Notes: a model not told the origin generated them from the sequence alone. Positions 46,125 through 56,489 are shown, counted from the stretch's first letter. The stretch is 64,000 nucleotides of DNA from a virus (IMGVR_UViG_3300018839_000001); one strand, 5' to 3'. Program-made: numbers and translations.

Positions 46125-46790
46125 GCCAAAATCGTTTCTTTCATCGTTTATATGTAAAATTTCTAACTCTCTTTCATTAAAGCCAACTTCATGTAATTTT
46201 AAAAGCATCTTCGCCACTTCATGATTAGTAATGGTAAATCCGCGCTCAACAAATTTCTTTATTCTAATAATTGTTCCACAAATATCTCTAGCTCTCTTTT
46301 CATTGTATTTAAGCTTATTGTCATTTAAATACTCCCAGCCAACTAACGTCTCAATCTCTCCATTTATGTAGTAATACATATTATGTTTAAAGTCAAATTC
46401 TCCAATTACATCCTCTGGTTTGCCCACCCATTTAGTAATTATCTGGTACATTCCAATTGATATTGCATTGTCAGTATATACAAGAGTCTCACCCTTATAC
46501 TTTCCGATTTTGACACCATTTTTATATTTAAGTGTTCCATTATCAAAGAATCTCCGTAATTCTTTTACGAGCGACTCATCTGTTAAAAAGAAATCATAAT
46601 CCTTTGGTATTTGATTATTATATAAACTGTAAATAGCTCCACCAGCCAAATATGATTTGTTTTTAAACTCCTCCTGATATTCTGGAGGAAGAAGGTTTGT
46701 AAAATCTTTCTTTGCTTTTTCAAGGTCTTTTTTAATATTTGCAAGTTGCAAAAAAGGCTTCATACCTCGATAAACAGTTTCTTTCCCCAT
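46119..46790 (-). CDS. putative nucleotidyltransferase-fold protein
   Basis: YLAGGAIYSLYNNQIPKDYDFFL fits hGG…DxD. Confidence 0.4.
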   Translation of the reverse strand: MGKETVYRGMKPFLQLANIKKDLEKAKKDFTNLLPPEYQEEFKNKSYLAGGAIYSLYNNQIPKDYDFFLTDESLVKELRRFFDNGTLKYKNGVKIGKYKGETLVYTDNAISIGMYQIITKWVGKPEDVIGEFDFKHNMYYYINGEIETLVGWEYLNDNKLKYNEKRARDICGTIIRIKKFVERGFTITNHEVAKMLLKLHEVGFNERELEILHINDERNDFGS

Positions 46791-47266
46791 TACTTCACCT
46801 CGTCCATAGCTAAGTTTGCCAACTCATCTGCTCTTTCGTTTAGATCAACACCTGCATGTCCTTTTACTTTTAACACTTGAATATCTTCCTGTTTTGAAAC
46901 AAGATTATCAAGGTGTTTCCAAAGTTCAAGGTTTTCAGGATTTTTTCCATCGCCTTTCTTCCAACCTTTTTTCTTCCATCCTTTAACCCATTGATTTATT
47001 CCATTTACCACATAAGCAGAATCCATGTGTAAACGAACAGGAATATTTGTTGTTTTAAGTGTCTCTAGCGCATTGATAGCTCCTTTTAATTCTTGAATAT
47101 TATTGGTGGTATTTCTTTCTCCTGCGTAAAGCTCTTTTACATGGCCGTTATATTGAAGCACCGCTCCCCAACCACCAATATTATTCTCTTTACCATTATT
47201 CCTACAACCTCCATCAGCATAGATAATAATTTCGCTCATACGCTCCCCTTTCAAATGAATTTCCAA
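46790..47266 (-). CDS. rnhA: ribonuclease H (RNase HI type)
   Basis: IYADGGC…GWGAV…ELKG…HMDS…GHAG…NERADELA carries the DEDD catalytic residues. The start is probably MSEIIIY. Confidence 0.8.
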   Translation of the reverse strand: MEIHLKGERMSEIIIYADGGCRNNGKENNIGGWGAVLQYNGHVKELYAGERNTTNNIQELKGAINALETLKTTNIPVRLHMDSAYVVNGINQWVKGWKKKGWKKGDGKNPENLELWKHLDNLVSKQEDIQVLKVKGHAGVDLNERADELANLAMDEVK

Positions 47267-47472
47267 TAAACGGTTTTTGATTCTTCATCTATTCCCAACT
47301 TGATTTCGTAAATATCTCCCCATCCACCTCTTATAGTCAGGCTTTTATTTAAATGTATAATTCTATTTTCTTTTAATTCAGCATATTTCTTTGCATATTT
47401 AATTCCAAAGAAAGTTTTATATGAGAGTAATATTTTTTCAATATTTGCAAGAGTGACCTCCACTAGATGCAT
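47251..47472 (-). CDS. hypothetical protein
   Basis: Track ORF, 73 aa. Confidence 0.35.
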   Translation of the reverse strand: MHLVEVTLANIEKILLSYKTFFGIKYAKKYAELKENRIIHLNKSLTIRGGWGDIYEIKLGIDEESKTVYWKFI

Positions 47473-47546
47473 TCCAATTTGCTCAATCTCGTATTTTGGG
47501 AATAATATTTCAAGACTATTTTCAATATATTCAGCAGTATAAGAAG

Positions 47547-48029
47547 TTACTGCCTCAACTCACTCCTGACTTCCATAAGAACTTTACCTAATAAATTCAG
47601 ACCTTTCCACTTTTCAGGGTTTTCGGCATCAGGATGACTTTCCGACAATCCAATACCCCAAATCTTATCATAAGGGCTGGCCTCAACTAACATCCTATTC
47701 CCTGTAGATAGGATTGCGATCTTTGCATGTGGATGTGAGAACTTATCCTTTAAGACTTCTTTATAAATTCTTTCTCTGTTTTTCAGCCAGACTTCTTCAT
47801 TAAATGGGATTTGTCTGCTTCTCCCCAAAGATTTACATTCTTTTGGTGAATTAGCTTCTAAGATTTTCGATGCAATTTTATGTGCTCCAAAAAGCTTTGC
47901 CTTTCTGTACATTACAGCTTGTTCTGACCATTTAAATGAAACACCTTGATGTTCAAACGGAAAGTAATGAAAGTTTGAAAAAACATCTTCCGCTCCCCAG
48001 AAGAAAACAAATTTATCAGTTAACTTCAT
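47547..48029 (-). CDS. NADAR-domain (YbiA-like) protein
   Basis: FFWG…FSNFH…F…SEQ…KA…F…E…W…G…Y…ENP…W…G…N…LG is a NADAR-type pattern. Confidence 0.55.
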   Translation of the reverse strand: MKLTDKFVFFWGAEDVFSNFHYFPFEHQGVSFKWSEQAVMYRKAKLFGAHKIASKILEANSPKECKSLGRSRQIPFNEEVWLKNRERIYKEVLKDKFSHPHAKIAILSTGNRMLVEASPYDKIWGIGLSESHPDAENPEKWKGLNLLGKVLMEVRSELRQ

Positions 48030-48046
48030 TCGCCCAATTCCTTTCG

Positions 48047-48343
48047 TTAGTTCTCGTTTGCCGGATGACGGTACAAAATTTTTATAGAGTCCACACGACC
48101 AATTCCCACGGACATTTCTGTTACGTAACCGTTTTCTGGATTATCTTTCATTAAGCTTCTTGCATACACTTCAATGTGTTGGTCTGAAACTCGTTTAACT
48201 ACTCCAACTGTTTTCTTCGGCAAATCGTAGTATCCGGGAGGCAGTTTTAGTAATCGGAACTCGTATTCACTAAATTCAATTATGTCTCCCTTTCCAATCT
48301 TACTGCGGTCGAATATAGTTCGTGTTTCTGTTTTTGTAATCAT
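48047..48343 (-). CDS. hypothetical protein
   Basis: Track ORF, 98 aa. Confidence 0.4.
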   Translation of the reverse strand: MITKTETRTIFDRSKIGKGDIIEFSEYEFRLLKLPPGYYDLPKKTVGVVKRVSDQHIEVYARSLMKDNPENGYVTEMSVGIGRVDSIKILYRHPANEN

Positions 48344-48699
48344 CCTTCGCCTGCCCCCTTTCGTTGGTTTTCACCTTTTAGATATTTCTCTTTCTCTTCT
48401 TCATTTAAAACTTCGTAGTCATCGTTCTCAAGAAAAAACATCACTTCGAAGCACTCTTTATGGATATCCACACCCAGAGGAACCCAAGTTGGGAAAGCCG
48501 TTACTTCATCTGCTTTAGTTCCTTCTGGGTAATTGATTTCTACATGCTCCTCATCGTACTCTCCGTTTTCAATCTTCTTTCTAATCGGAGACATATCGAT
48601 TGTCTCATGAACTCGAAGAACACTTCCTTCCTGATAATTTTTGCCTGCGTAAATGGTCAGTCGAATCAAATCACCTATGTTTGCTTTAGCTTTAGTCAT
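48340..48699 (-). CDS. hypothetical protein
   Basis: Track ORF, 119 aa. Confidence 0.4.
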   Translation of the reverse strand: MTKAKANIGDLIRLTIYAGKNYQEGSVLRVHETIDMSPIRKKIENGEYDEEHVEINYPEGTKADEVTAFPTWVPLGVDIHKECFEVMFFLENDDYEVLNEEEKEKYLKGENQRKGAGEG

Positions 48700-48956
48700 T
48701 CACTCAACTCCTCAGCAGTTTTTACAGCATCAATAACTAATTGTATTGGCAAGCTTCCTTGAGCATCCATAATGACTTCTCTTCTTTTACAATCAAATAA
48801 TTCAAAGTAATCGTGCATCAGAAATCTGGCAAGTTTAAGCCTAGGCAATTCTTTCATTGCTTCTTCATAGGTGTTAAAGTGACATACTACATCACTCATA
48901 CCCCCTATAGGTTTAGATGTGTTTAAGCTGAATAATATAAATCTACCATAACTCAT
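48696..48956 (-). CDS. hypothetical protein
   Basis: Track ORF, 86 aa. Confidence 0.4.
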   Translation of the reverse strand: MSYGRFILFSLNTSKPIGGMSDVVCHFNTYEEAMKELPRLKLARFLMHDYFELFDCKRREVIMDAQGSLPIQLVIDAVKTAEELSE

Positions 48957-49263
48957 AATAACTCCTCCTTAATTGCTTTAGTTCATCTTTTATAGAATTT
49001 CTTAGAGAAACAGTCTCTCTAAATTCTATATTTAAATTCTTATGTTCTTCTAGGTGTAAACTTAAAGTGACTCGATCTTCTATTTGATTTACTCTATGCT
49101 CTCTCAAAATCTTAAGATGGTTATCCATTTCTTCTAATAATGTGTTTAGTTTATTTTCTAGCTCTTCTATAAACCATTTTAATATTTCAATCCTTATTTT
49201 GTGGTTTGATCGTTGATTATGTATGTCTATTCTTTCTTTTATTTGGCTGATAATTCTTTTCAT
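48943..49263 (-). CDS. hypothetical coiled-coil protein
   Basis: Track ORF, 106 aa. Confidence 0.4.
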   Translation of the reverse strand: MKRIISQIKERIDIHNQRSNHKIRIEILKWFIEELENKLNTLLEEMDNHLKILREHRVNQIEDRVTLSLHLEEHKNLNIEFRETVSLRNSIKDELKQLRRSYYELW

Positions 49264-49326
49264 TTATGTTCACTCCTTAATAAAAGAATGGTTTTATACA
49301 TCCAGCTTTCAGACGATCTATCATCT

Positions 49327-49587
49327 TTAATAATGCTTTGCTTTTTTAATAATTTCTTCGATATCTGTATGGTTAAAATATGTAATGTTTGACTCCCAAT
49401 CCTTGCTATACTTACTATAGTCTAATCGATATCCCTCGCTAAAGGGTACGCAAACATAGTCCCAGCGATTCATGGTATTTGGGTTCACCTGTCTTACACC
49501 AATTATGATATACATTTCAATCTTTTCATCATCGTGCGGTGGATAAGCCTTTACAATACTGCCATGTGTAAGTAAAACATCTTTCAT
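49327..49587 (-). CDS. hypothetical protein
   Basis: Track ORF, 86 aa. Confidence 0.4.
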   Translation of the reverse strand: MKDVLLTHGSIVKAYPPHDDEKIEMYIIIGVRQVNPNTMNRWDYVCVPFSEGYRLDYSKYSKDWESNITYFNHTDIEEIIKKAKHY

Positions 49588-49731
49588 TGACTCTCTCCTA
49601 ATTCTTTATTTTCCTTATAATTTCTCCAACTACAATTCTCAAAAACTTTAATGTCTGCTCCTAAATGCCATTTATACCAAGCTAAGTTGAACCACGCTGT
49701 GTCTAAAATGTATTTAATATAGCCTAAAATC

Positions 49732-50442
49732 TCATCCACCTCGTTTAACTTTCTTTTCTAACGCCTTTCTTTTCATTCTCTCTTGATTTAATTTGTGTTC
49801 AAGCTCTTTAATTTTCTCTTTTAGTTTTGCCTCATCCTTATATGCTTTCTTAATTCTTAATAAATGTGGCATAATCGAAGTTTTCACAGAATGAAAATAA
49901 GCAGAATAATCGGGATATTTCTTTCGAGCCTGTTTAAAGAAAGGAATATAAAATTCCTCTGTTTCCTTTACCTGTTTCATTTCATGTTTCCTATTTGATT
50001 CATTCAATGTGCTAAAATTATGCTTTCTGTCCGCCGCTTTTATTAGGCAGGCTCCCAAGCATATTAAAATATTATTTAAATAGTCTTTTAAATTTTCTTC
50101 AATTTTATAATCAATATCATCTTGTTTTGTGACACTCAAAACTAAGTGAGCAACATCTTTCCCATATTGATCCTCAATTAAATAATAGTCCACCTCTGGA
50201 ATATCTTCTATTGAATCATGAAGTATACAAGCTGTAATAATTGATTCATTCCTGATCCCATGATTCAATAAATCCTGAGCTGTATCAACTAAATGATAAT
50301 AATAATGGCTTCCATCATGCCTCATATAATTGTTGTTTGCATTCATTGTCTCGATCATCCAATACAAAGCTCTTAAGGCATTGTTGTAGTTCAATTGTTT
50401 TAAATCGTTTTTTAACTGAGCAACCCTTGCTTCCTTTGCCAT
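49732..50442 (-). CDS. HD-domain hydrolase of the RelA/SpoT (small alarmone hydrolase) type
   Basis: YYYHLVDTA…ILHDSIEDIPE fits the SpoT-type HD signature HxxxV…LHDxxED. Confidence 0.6.
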   Translation of the reverse strand: MAKEARVAQLKNDLKQLNYNNALRALYWMIETMNANNNYMRHDGSHYYYHLVDTAQDLLNHGIRNESIITACILHDSIEDIPEVDYYLIEDQYGKDVAHLVLSVTKQDDIDYKIEENLKDYLNNILICLGACLIKAADRKHNFSTLNESNRKHEMKQVKETEEFYIPFFKQARKKYPDYSAYFHSVKTSIMPHLLRIKKAYKDEAKLKEKIKELEHKLNQERMKRKALEKKVKRGG

Positions 50443-50468
50443 GTCATCACCCTTTAACTTTTTGATAT

Positions 50469-50502
50469 TATTATTATAACATTATTAGTTAGTTTTGTAA
50501 AT
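50469..50502 (-). promoter_or_regulatory. SPBRE-type promoter (variant ATTAGTTAG)
   Basis: ATTATTATAACATTATTAGTTAGTTTTGTAAATG. Confidence 0.6.
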
Positions 50503-50538
50503 GTATATAAAAGAAAAAGGTGAGAATTATTTCTCACC

Positions 50539-52251
50539 TCAACTTTTCACATAATCGTGTAATATCACCTGTGGTATAGCTACTAATTTTCTCGTTGCAA
50601 AATTAAACCACTCGTTCATTGTTAGTTGACCTACTACATCAATCATGTCAAAATAACCTAGTTCTGACGCGTATTCTTCGTTAACTCTAAATTTAATTAA
50701 TTCCATATCATTTAAAGTTCCTATTTTTACTGTCTCTCTTGTCTCACCAATACAAGACGGCTCTTCTACCGATATACCATTAACTCGAACAATCACTTTA
50801 GGGAATCCATTCCCTGTAAGCAGATTAAATTTGTCCAACTCTTTTACATATTGATCAACCTCATCTACGCTGATATCCAGATCGTAATATACAGTAGGCT
50901 TCACATCTTCAAGAGAAGGCATATGTTTTTCAATATATTTCTCTAGATCAGGAAGTAAATCTTGAGATATCTCAATACCTCCTGCACCTTCATGTCCAAG
51001 AGCATCAAGCTCTCCATCAAATTGATTTAAAAACCTCTTAAACTTAAATCCGTTATAGCTTCGAAAACTTCCTGATAACTTACCGTTGTGTATACGCCCA
51101 ACAATCACAGGGCGCTTGTATTCTTCTGATAGCTGTTGAGCTACAATACCATTAAATCCTTTACTTGATTGTTCATCAGTAACAATAAGAACCTTCTTGG
51201 TGTCGTCAATGTTCTTTTTGTATTGCTCAGTAATCTCTTTTTGCTTTTCTTTTCGATGCTGATTTAATTTGTGCATTTGTAGGCGAATTTTTTTACAAAC
51301 CTTATCATCATCTTCTAACAATATATCGATTGCTAATTTGATGTTATCCATACGTGCCGCTCCATTTAGCATTGGAGCAATGGTGAACCCAATTGCATCG
51401 CCTTTCATTTTGTACGTGTTCACTTTTCCACCTTTTAAAATGCGAACAAGACCAGTATTCTTCATATTTCTTAATCCTTGCATGATTAAATATCTGTTTT
51501 CTAAGATATCTAATCTCATAACATCCGCATAGAGACCAACTGCCACCAAATCAATGTACTGCCAAACGTCTACCTGATTTAATGTATCCTCCATTACTTG
51601 AATAGTTTTAAATACTACTCCCGCACCACTCAAATACTTGTTAGGGTATTCGCATCCATCCTGCTGTGGATTAACTAATAGCACATAAGGATTCTTGCAT
51701 TCAATAGCATGGTGATCTAAGATTATAATATCTGTATTTAATTTTTCTTTTATAAATTTACAAGTCTCTACATCATTTGAAGATGAGTCAATTAAAATCA
51801 GCAAGTCCGCATTGCGAATCTTATCTGTATTTAACTTATTATGATCAATCCGCTCAGCATCTTTTGATGGATCAAGACTACTGACTTTAATCATCTCTGT
51901 AATGCCGTGTCCATCACTTCTTTCACCATATATGTAATCAACATTATCGGTGTAATTTTTCAAATATCTCAACATGATTGTTGTAGCTGTCAACCCATCC
52001 GCATCTGGATCATATGAAACAATTATTCTTTCATTCTTATCGATTGCCTTTATGATACGGTTGCTTGCATCTTGGATATTTTTCATGGAGTATGGATCGT
52101 GTAATTCCACCTCTGTAGGATTTAAAAATTTTTGATAATCTTCGATGCCTCTGATTTTTGCAATCCTTTCTAGGATCGAGTCATCATTATTTGGCTTTCT
52201 TATAGGCTTTCTTTGTATCCAATTCATAATAAATAACACCTTCTTCTGCAA
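50539..52251 (-). CDS. RecJ-like DHH-family ssDNA exonuclease
   Basis: DHH motifs (…YDPDADGLTA…, DHH, GGGH-like GHEGAGG) plus DHHA1. Confidence 0.8.
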   Translation of the reverse strand: MQKKVLFIMNWIQRKPIRKPNNDDSILERIAKIRGIEDYQKFLNPTEVELHDPYSMKNIQDASNRIIKAIDKNERIIVSYDPDADGLTATTIMLRYLKNYTDNVDYIYGERSDGHGITEMIKVSSLDPSKDAERIDHNKLNTDKIRNADLLILIDSSSNDVETCKFIKEKLNTDIIILDHHAIECKNPYVLLVNPQQDGCEYPNKYLSGAGVVFKTIQVMEDTLNQVDVWQYIDLVAVGLYADVMRLDILENRYLIMQGLRNMKNTGLVRILKGGKVNTYKMKGDAIGFTIAPMLNGAARMDNIKLAIDILLEDDDKVCKKIRLQMHKLNQHRKEKQKEITEQYKKNIDDTKKVLIVTDEQSSKGFNGIVAQQLSEEYKRPVIVGRIHNGKLSGSFRSYNGFKFKRFLNQFDGELDALGHEGAGGIEISQDLLPDLEKYIEKHMPSLEDVKPTVYYDLDISVDEVDQYVKELDKFNLLTGNGFPKVIVRVNGISVEEPSCIGETRETVKIGTLNDMELIKFRVNEEYASELGYFDMIDVVGQLTMNEWFNFATRKLVAIPQVILHDYVKS

Positions 52252-52384
52252 AGAAAAACTCCTCAGATATTTCTAAGTTGATTTTCCCCATTTCTTCATA
52301 TCCTTTAGCCATTTCTAATTTATCGATATTTTTCATATTTCATTTCCCCTTTCAGAATGATATCCAAAAGCAAATGCAACTATT

Positions 52385-52408
52385 ACATCATTATTAATTA
52401 GTTTTATG
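52385..52408 (-). promoter_or_regulatory. SPBRE-like element (proximal)
   Basis: ACATCATTATTAATTAGTTTTATG. Confidence 0.6.
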
Positions 52409-52508
52409 AAATATGAATCTTTCCCCTTTCGGGAGTTATATGTATTTCGGATATGTCGATCATTATATCACCTCTGATAAAATTGAACTATGACAAAACT
52501 CATAAAAC

Positions 52509-52540
52509 TAATATAACATTATTAATTAGTTTTGTAAATA
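52509..52540 (-). promoter_or_regulatory. SPBRE-type promoter (distal)
   Basis: TAATATAACATTATTAATTAGTTTTGTAAATA. Confidence 0.65.
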
Positions 52541-52545
52541 TGTTT

Positions 52546-53652
52546 TTAAGATTTATTTTTAGGTATTTTTACTTCAAATACACAATTGTCAAGTAACTTA
52601 TTCCATGTCTCAATACCTTGGTCAATAGGAGAATTTTTCTCTTCAAGAAGGCCTTTTGTATCGAACATCGCCAGCACTCTTCTTCCTTCAAACATCTTTG
52701 CATTTTTTCGTATTTCATCAACCGTTATGCCTTTGTCGTAGCATAGAACTATCTCTATATCTAACCCTATTTGCATTACGATCTGTGCCTGCTCTGGAGA
52801 TATTTCAGATGCACCAATACCTAATGTATTATATATCCCATTGTCAAAAGCTTTCATGTTAGACTTCTCCGCTTCAAAGATATACACTCTTTTGTTCATC
52901 TGTATATAGGGAAGTGCGTAATGAAAATTAAACCACTCATAACGATTTTGATACGGATAAAGATAGAGATATTTTCTATCATCATCCTCATCTTTCATTA
53001 TTCTGCCTTTGACACCAACCAATTGTCCAAATCTATTTCTCATTGGAATGATTACTCTTTTTGTATCAAGATCGAAACCAATCCCATACATTTCTTGAGT
53101 TTTATATGAAATCCCCTCATCAATCCATCCTTTATAAGGTAGGGGTTTATCATAAAAGTAATAATCGTTTAAGACTTCTTCTGGAAGAACAGGATTTGGT
53201 TTAATTTCTTTAACCCTTTTTTTATCTTTTAAAATAGCTTTAAGAGGTGCTACATAATCTTTTTTTGTTTTAAACGATCCACCTTTTAAAAACTCTGTCC
53301 ATCCTAAATGTTCGCAGATAAATGTCTTTGCATTATGTAAGTCCTTTAAGATATCTTCTCCACGTTTATCATTGACAATATAAGATACAAGAGAAAATAT
53401 ATCCGGTGAAGAGTCGATATTTCCGCTCTCAAAATCTGGTCTATTGCGGATAGCTGAGGTAAGCCATTTATTAAGCTTGGTCTGAACCGCTCTCTTATTG
53501 TTGCTATGATACCTTGATGGCAATTGAGCTTCTATTCTTCCTCCACTGTATGATATATACTCACAGCCCATTGCTCTGTAAATATCTTCGACCTTATCTT
53601 CTCTAAGTATCCTTTCTTTGATTTCCTGCAAGTCCGACATCCATCTTACCAC
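52546..53652 (-). CDS. DnaG-type DNA primase (RNA-polymerase + TOPRIM domains)
   Basis: RVIIPMRNRFGQLVGVKGR (primase RNAP motif). TOPRIM-like E (IFEAEKS) and DxD (YDKGITVD). Confidence 0.65.
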   Translation of the reverse strand: MVRWMSDLQEIKERILREDKVEDIYRAMGCEYISYSGGRIEAQLPSRYHSNNKRAVQTKLNKWLTSAIRNRPDFESGNIDSSPDIFSLVSYIVNDKRGEDILKDLHNAKTFICEHLGWTEFLKGGSFKTKKDYVAPLKAILKDKKRVKEIKPNPVLPEEVLNDYYFYDKPLPYKGWIDEGISYKTQEMYGIGFDLDTKRVIIPMRNRFGQLVGVKGRIMKDEDDDRKYLYLYPYQNRYEWFNFHYALPYIQMNKRVYIFEAEKSNMKAFDNGIYNTLGIGASEISPEQAQIVMQIGLDIEIVLCYDKGITVDEIRKNAKMFEGRRVLAMFDTKGLLEEKNSPIDQGIETWNKLLDNCVFEVKIPKNKS

Positions 53653-53687
53653 CTCTTTTACTAACTAAATAATCAACTTGAGAGAGA

Positions 53688-55220
53688 CTACCTTCCTGCT
53701 TTTTCGTTTGGTACAAACGTCCAGCCAATCTCTTTAAAGTGATTACTATTAAATATTGGTTCAATAACCAACACAGGCTGTCCATTATCATTATTAGCTC
53801 CGAATCTGTTTTTAGGCGTAAAGACTAGGTAATATGTTTTCCCTTTTTCTAATTGGAAAAACTCTTTAAGATACCCATCTCCTTTAGGGTTTTTCTTTAA
53901 TCTATAGCAGTTTAATTCCTTCTTTTCACCTTTGTATTCGTCTGCCCAAATAGGTCTAAACATCATAACAACAGATGCTTCGTTCTTCGCCGCTTTCCCT
54001 TCTCCAATTGCATCAAAGTCTAAATAGCGATTCTTAATTGCATAGTCAGCCAACTGAAATGTAACAAGAGTACGAAGGTTGCAACCGCCAGCATTCTTAC
54101 GAGTAATACGGTATATAGTCTTCATATCTTCAACAAAAGTTTCCCAACGTTTGTCATGATGTGAATCATCGGAGACTTTGTGCGTATCGATAAGAAGATT
54201 TATATAACCTCTATTTGCCCAGAATCTAATTATTTTTTCGAGGTCTCTAATTACATATTTTTCCATGAAGATTATTTTGATTGTTTCCTTATCAATCAGT
54301 TCCTTCATTTTTGCAAATGCATTGTGAATCTTATCTTTATCATTTTGTTGAAGCTTCCCATTAACCATACGCCGTCTATCTATTCCTGTTTTATACTCAT
54401 GAAAAAGAATTGATAAAACGATCTTTTGTCTATATGCCTGTGCATCTTCTTCATTTAAGACCACTAGAAGCTTCTCATTGTTATCAATACAACTCATTGT
54501 AAACTTTTCAGCGGTAATCGATGATTTACCTGTATTACCAAAGCCACCGAACATTAAGACATGCCCTCTAGCCACTCCCTGCGTTATACTGTTCATAAGA
54601 GTGCTATTATAAAAAGGCAACATCTCCGCGGTGTCTTGTTCTAATCGTCTAATAAACTCTTCTGCTTCTATGTATAAATTCTCTGTTTCATATCTGTTGT
54701 TAACATTATCCATGCTAATTTTGTTAATCTTATCATTCCAGTACATAGAAAGCTGTTCTCTATTCATGTCTTTCCATTTATACTTTCCCTTGTCGATTAG
54801 CACTTTGTCGCCAAACAACTCATAAAGTTTTCTGATTACATAATTTTTCTTAACAGTTTCAAAGTAATAAGAAATATTTGCAGGATTACCACGAACTATT
54901 GCAACTGCATCATCGATGGTAGTCATTTTCCCGAACTTTTCAAAATCATCCATGATGTTATACTCTTTTACTTTTGTATGGACAGTAATATCATCGAATT
55001 GTTTAATGCCTTCATCAAACATCTTTCGCCCTAGCTCAAAATAAAACCCCCAAACATCATGAATAAACTCTTTTTGATGGATTAATTCACTATATTCACT
55101 ATAGTTATTGAACGGATCAGACCATAACAACCCTACAAAATATGCTTCATTGATTGAAGCCTTTTCACGAATTTCTTTTACTTCTCTTTTGACTAACTCT
55201 TTTGTATTGTCCTTTGCCAT
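53688..55220 (-). CDS. DnaB-like replicative helicase
   Basis: Walker A GGFGNTGKSS, RecA-fold C-domain, N-terminal helical domain. Sits in the replication cluster. Confidence 0.7.
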   Translation of the reverse strand: MAKDNTKELVKREVKEIREKASINEAYFVGLLWSDPFNNYSEYSELIHQKEFIHDVWGFYFELGRKMFDEGIKQFDDITVHTKVKEYNIMDDFEKFGKMTTIDDAVAIVRGNPANISYYFETVKKNYVIRKLYELFGDKVLIDKGKYKWKDMNREQLSMYWNDKINKISMDNVNNRYETENLYIEAEEFIRRLEQDTAEMLPFYNSTLMNSITQGVARGHVLMFGGFGNTGKSSITAEKFTMSCIDNNEKLLVVLNEEDAQAYRQKIVLSILFHEYKTGIDRRRMVNGKLQQNDKDKIHNAFAKMKELIDKETIKIIFMEKYVIRDLEKIIRFWANRGYINLLIDTHKVSDDSHHDKRWETFVEDMKTIYRITRKNAGGCNLRTLVTFQLADYAIKNRYLDFDAIGEGKAAKNEASVVMMFRPIWADEYKGEKKELNCYRLKKNPKGDGYLKEFFQLEKGKTYYLVFTPKNRFGANNDNGQPVLVIEPIFNSNHFKEIGWTFVPNEKAGR

Positions 55221-55234
55221 CTAAAACATCTCTC

Positions 55235-55825
55235 CTAGTCATCTAAAAAATCAGTGATATCTGTATGTTTAGAAGGCTTTTTATAACTATTTTCAAAGAT
55301 ATACTCTTCTTCATTTATGTTTTCAAAATGTTTTCTAATCTGTCTTTCCTGCTCTTCTTTTTGTCTTCTTCGCTCTTCAACAATTGACAACTTATTGCAC
55401 ACAATAGTCAATCCATATCTAATTGCATTTGTTGCTCCACTAAAAGACTTCTTTCTATTTGCATTTTCAATTGTTTCGGAACAGTATTCGAAAGTTTCTG
55501 CAATTAAATCGTAAGAATAACCTTCTTTATATTTATAATCATGCTTTCCAAAAAACTCTGTTCCATTTCTTAAATCTTGTAGATATGGGTAAATGTTATT
55601 TGGAAACTTTTTTAAACCGTATATGTTTTTTATTGTTTCAACTAGCCTATCAAGTTCTTTCCTCTCTTTTTCTCGAAACTCTTTTTCTTTTAAATGTTTT
55701 TCCCAACAATGCTTGTGATAATATTTCTTCTGCGGCTTTTTCTTCCCTACATATTCAAACTCCATTTCATCTACATGTGTATCATCTAATCCACAATGCT
55801 GACACTTTCTTGTCATTTTAGCCAT
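55235..55825 (-). CDS. hypothetical protein with N-terminal zinc finger
   Basis: CQHCG…HKHCWEKH. Confidence 0.4.
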   Translation of the reverse strand: MAKMTRKCQHCGLDDTHVDEMEFEYVGKKKPQKKYYHKHCWEKHLKEKEFREKERKELDRLVETIKNIYGLKKFPNNIYPYLQDLRNGTEFFGKHDYKYKEGYSYDLIAETFEYCSETIENANRKKSFSGATNAIRYGLTIVCNKLSIVEERRRQKEEQERQIRKHFENINEEEYIFENSYKKPSKHTDITDFLDD

Positions 55826-55850
55826 AGCAATCCCCCTTTTATTTTTATAT

Positions 55851-55885
55851 GATTATTATATCATTATTAATTAGTTTGGTCAATC
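55851..55885 (-). promoter_or_regulatory. SPBRE-type promoter (TTGACC-17-TATAAT)
   Basis: GATTATTATATCATTATTAATTAGTTTGGTCAATC. Confidence 0.65.
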
Positions 55886-55901
55886 TAAAAATAAAGACCG
55901 A

Positions 55902-56486
55902 TTAACGGCCTTTATTTAGATTTTCAATAATTAAATTAAAAACTTCATCACTTTCTTTGCCGCTTGTATCAATTTCATGTAGTTGCAAATTTTCACTTCC
56001 GTATTTAAAATAAAATTGATCAAACAGTTTTTTATAAATTTCTTGTTGCTTTAATGACTCTTGAACACTGTCATCCACTTTGTTGAAAGGAACTTTATCT
56101 CTCATTAATCTAGATGAAAGTTCGGCCTTATCATTAATGGTCAATAGGATAATATGAATTTTCACTCCCATTTCCGATAGGTCTTCTAATAAGTCATTTA
56201 AATTTTCGTAATTATCCTTGAAGGAATATTCTTTATAGAGGTGAGAATACACCATTTCCGAAAAATAAAATCTGTCGAAAACAAATTTTGATTGATGACT
56301 ACTTAGAGAAAAAAGCGCGTTCATCCACGAATCATAGTAATGCTTAACTTTGTTTAAACCACTCTCTCCATCATCATGAAATCCTGTAAAGTTTATTAAA
56401 GTAGTTTCTGGGGTTCTTTGGCGCAACTTAATTGCCACAGATGTTTTACCAGTTCCTCTGCACCCTTCCAGAATGAAGATTTCCAT
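55902..56486 (-). CDS. P-loop (d)NMP kinase-like protein
   Basis: Walker A GCRGTGKTS. dNK/thymidylate kinase-like fold. Confidence 0.6.
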   Translation of the reverse strand: MEIFILEGCRGTGKTSVAIKLRQRTPETTLINFTGFHDDGESGLNKVKHYYDSWMNALFSLSSHQSKFVFDRFYFSEMVYSHLYKEYSFKDNYENLNDLLEDLSEMGVKIHIILLTINDKAELSSRLMRDKVPFNKVDDSVQESLKQQEIYKKLFDQFYFKYGSENLQLHEIDTSGKESDEVFNLIIENLNKGR

Positions 56487-56489
56487 TTC

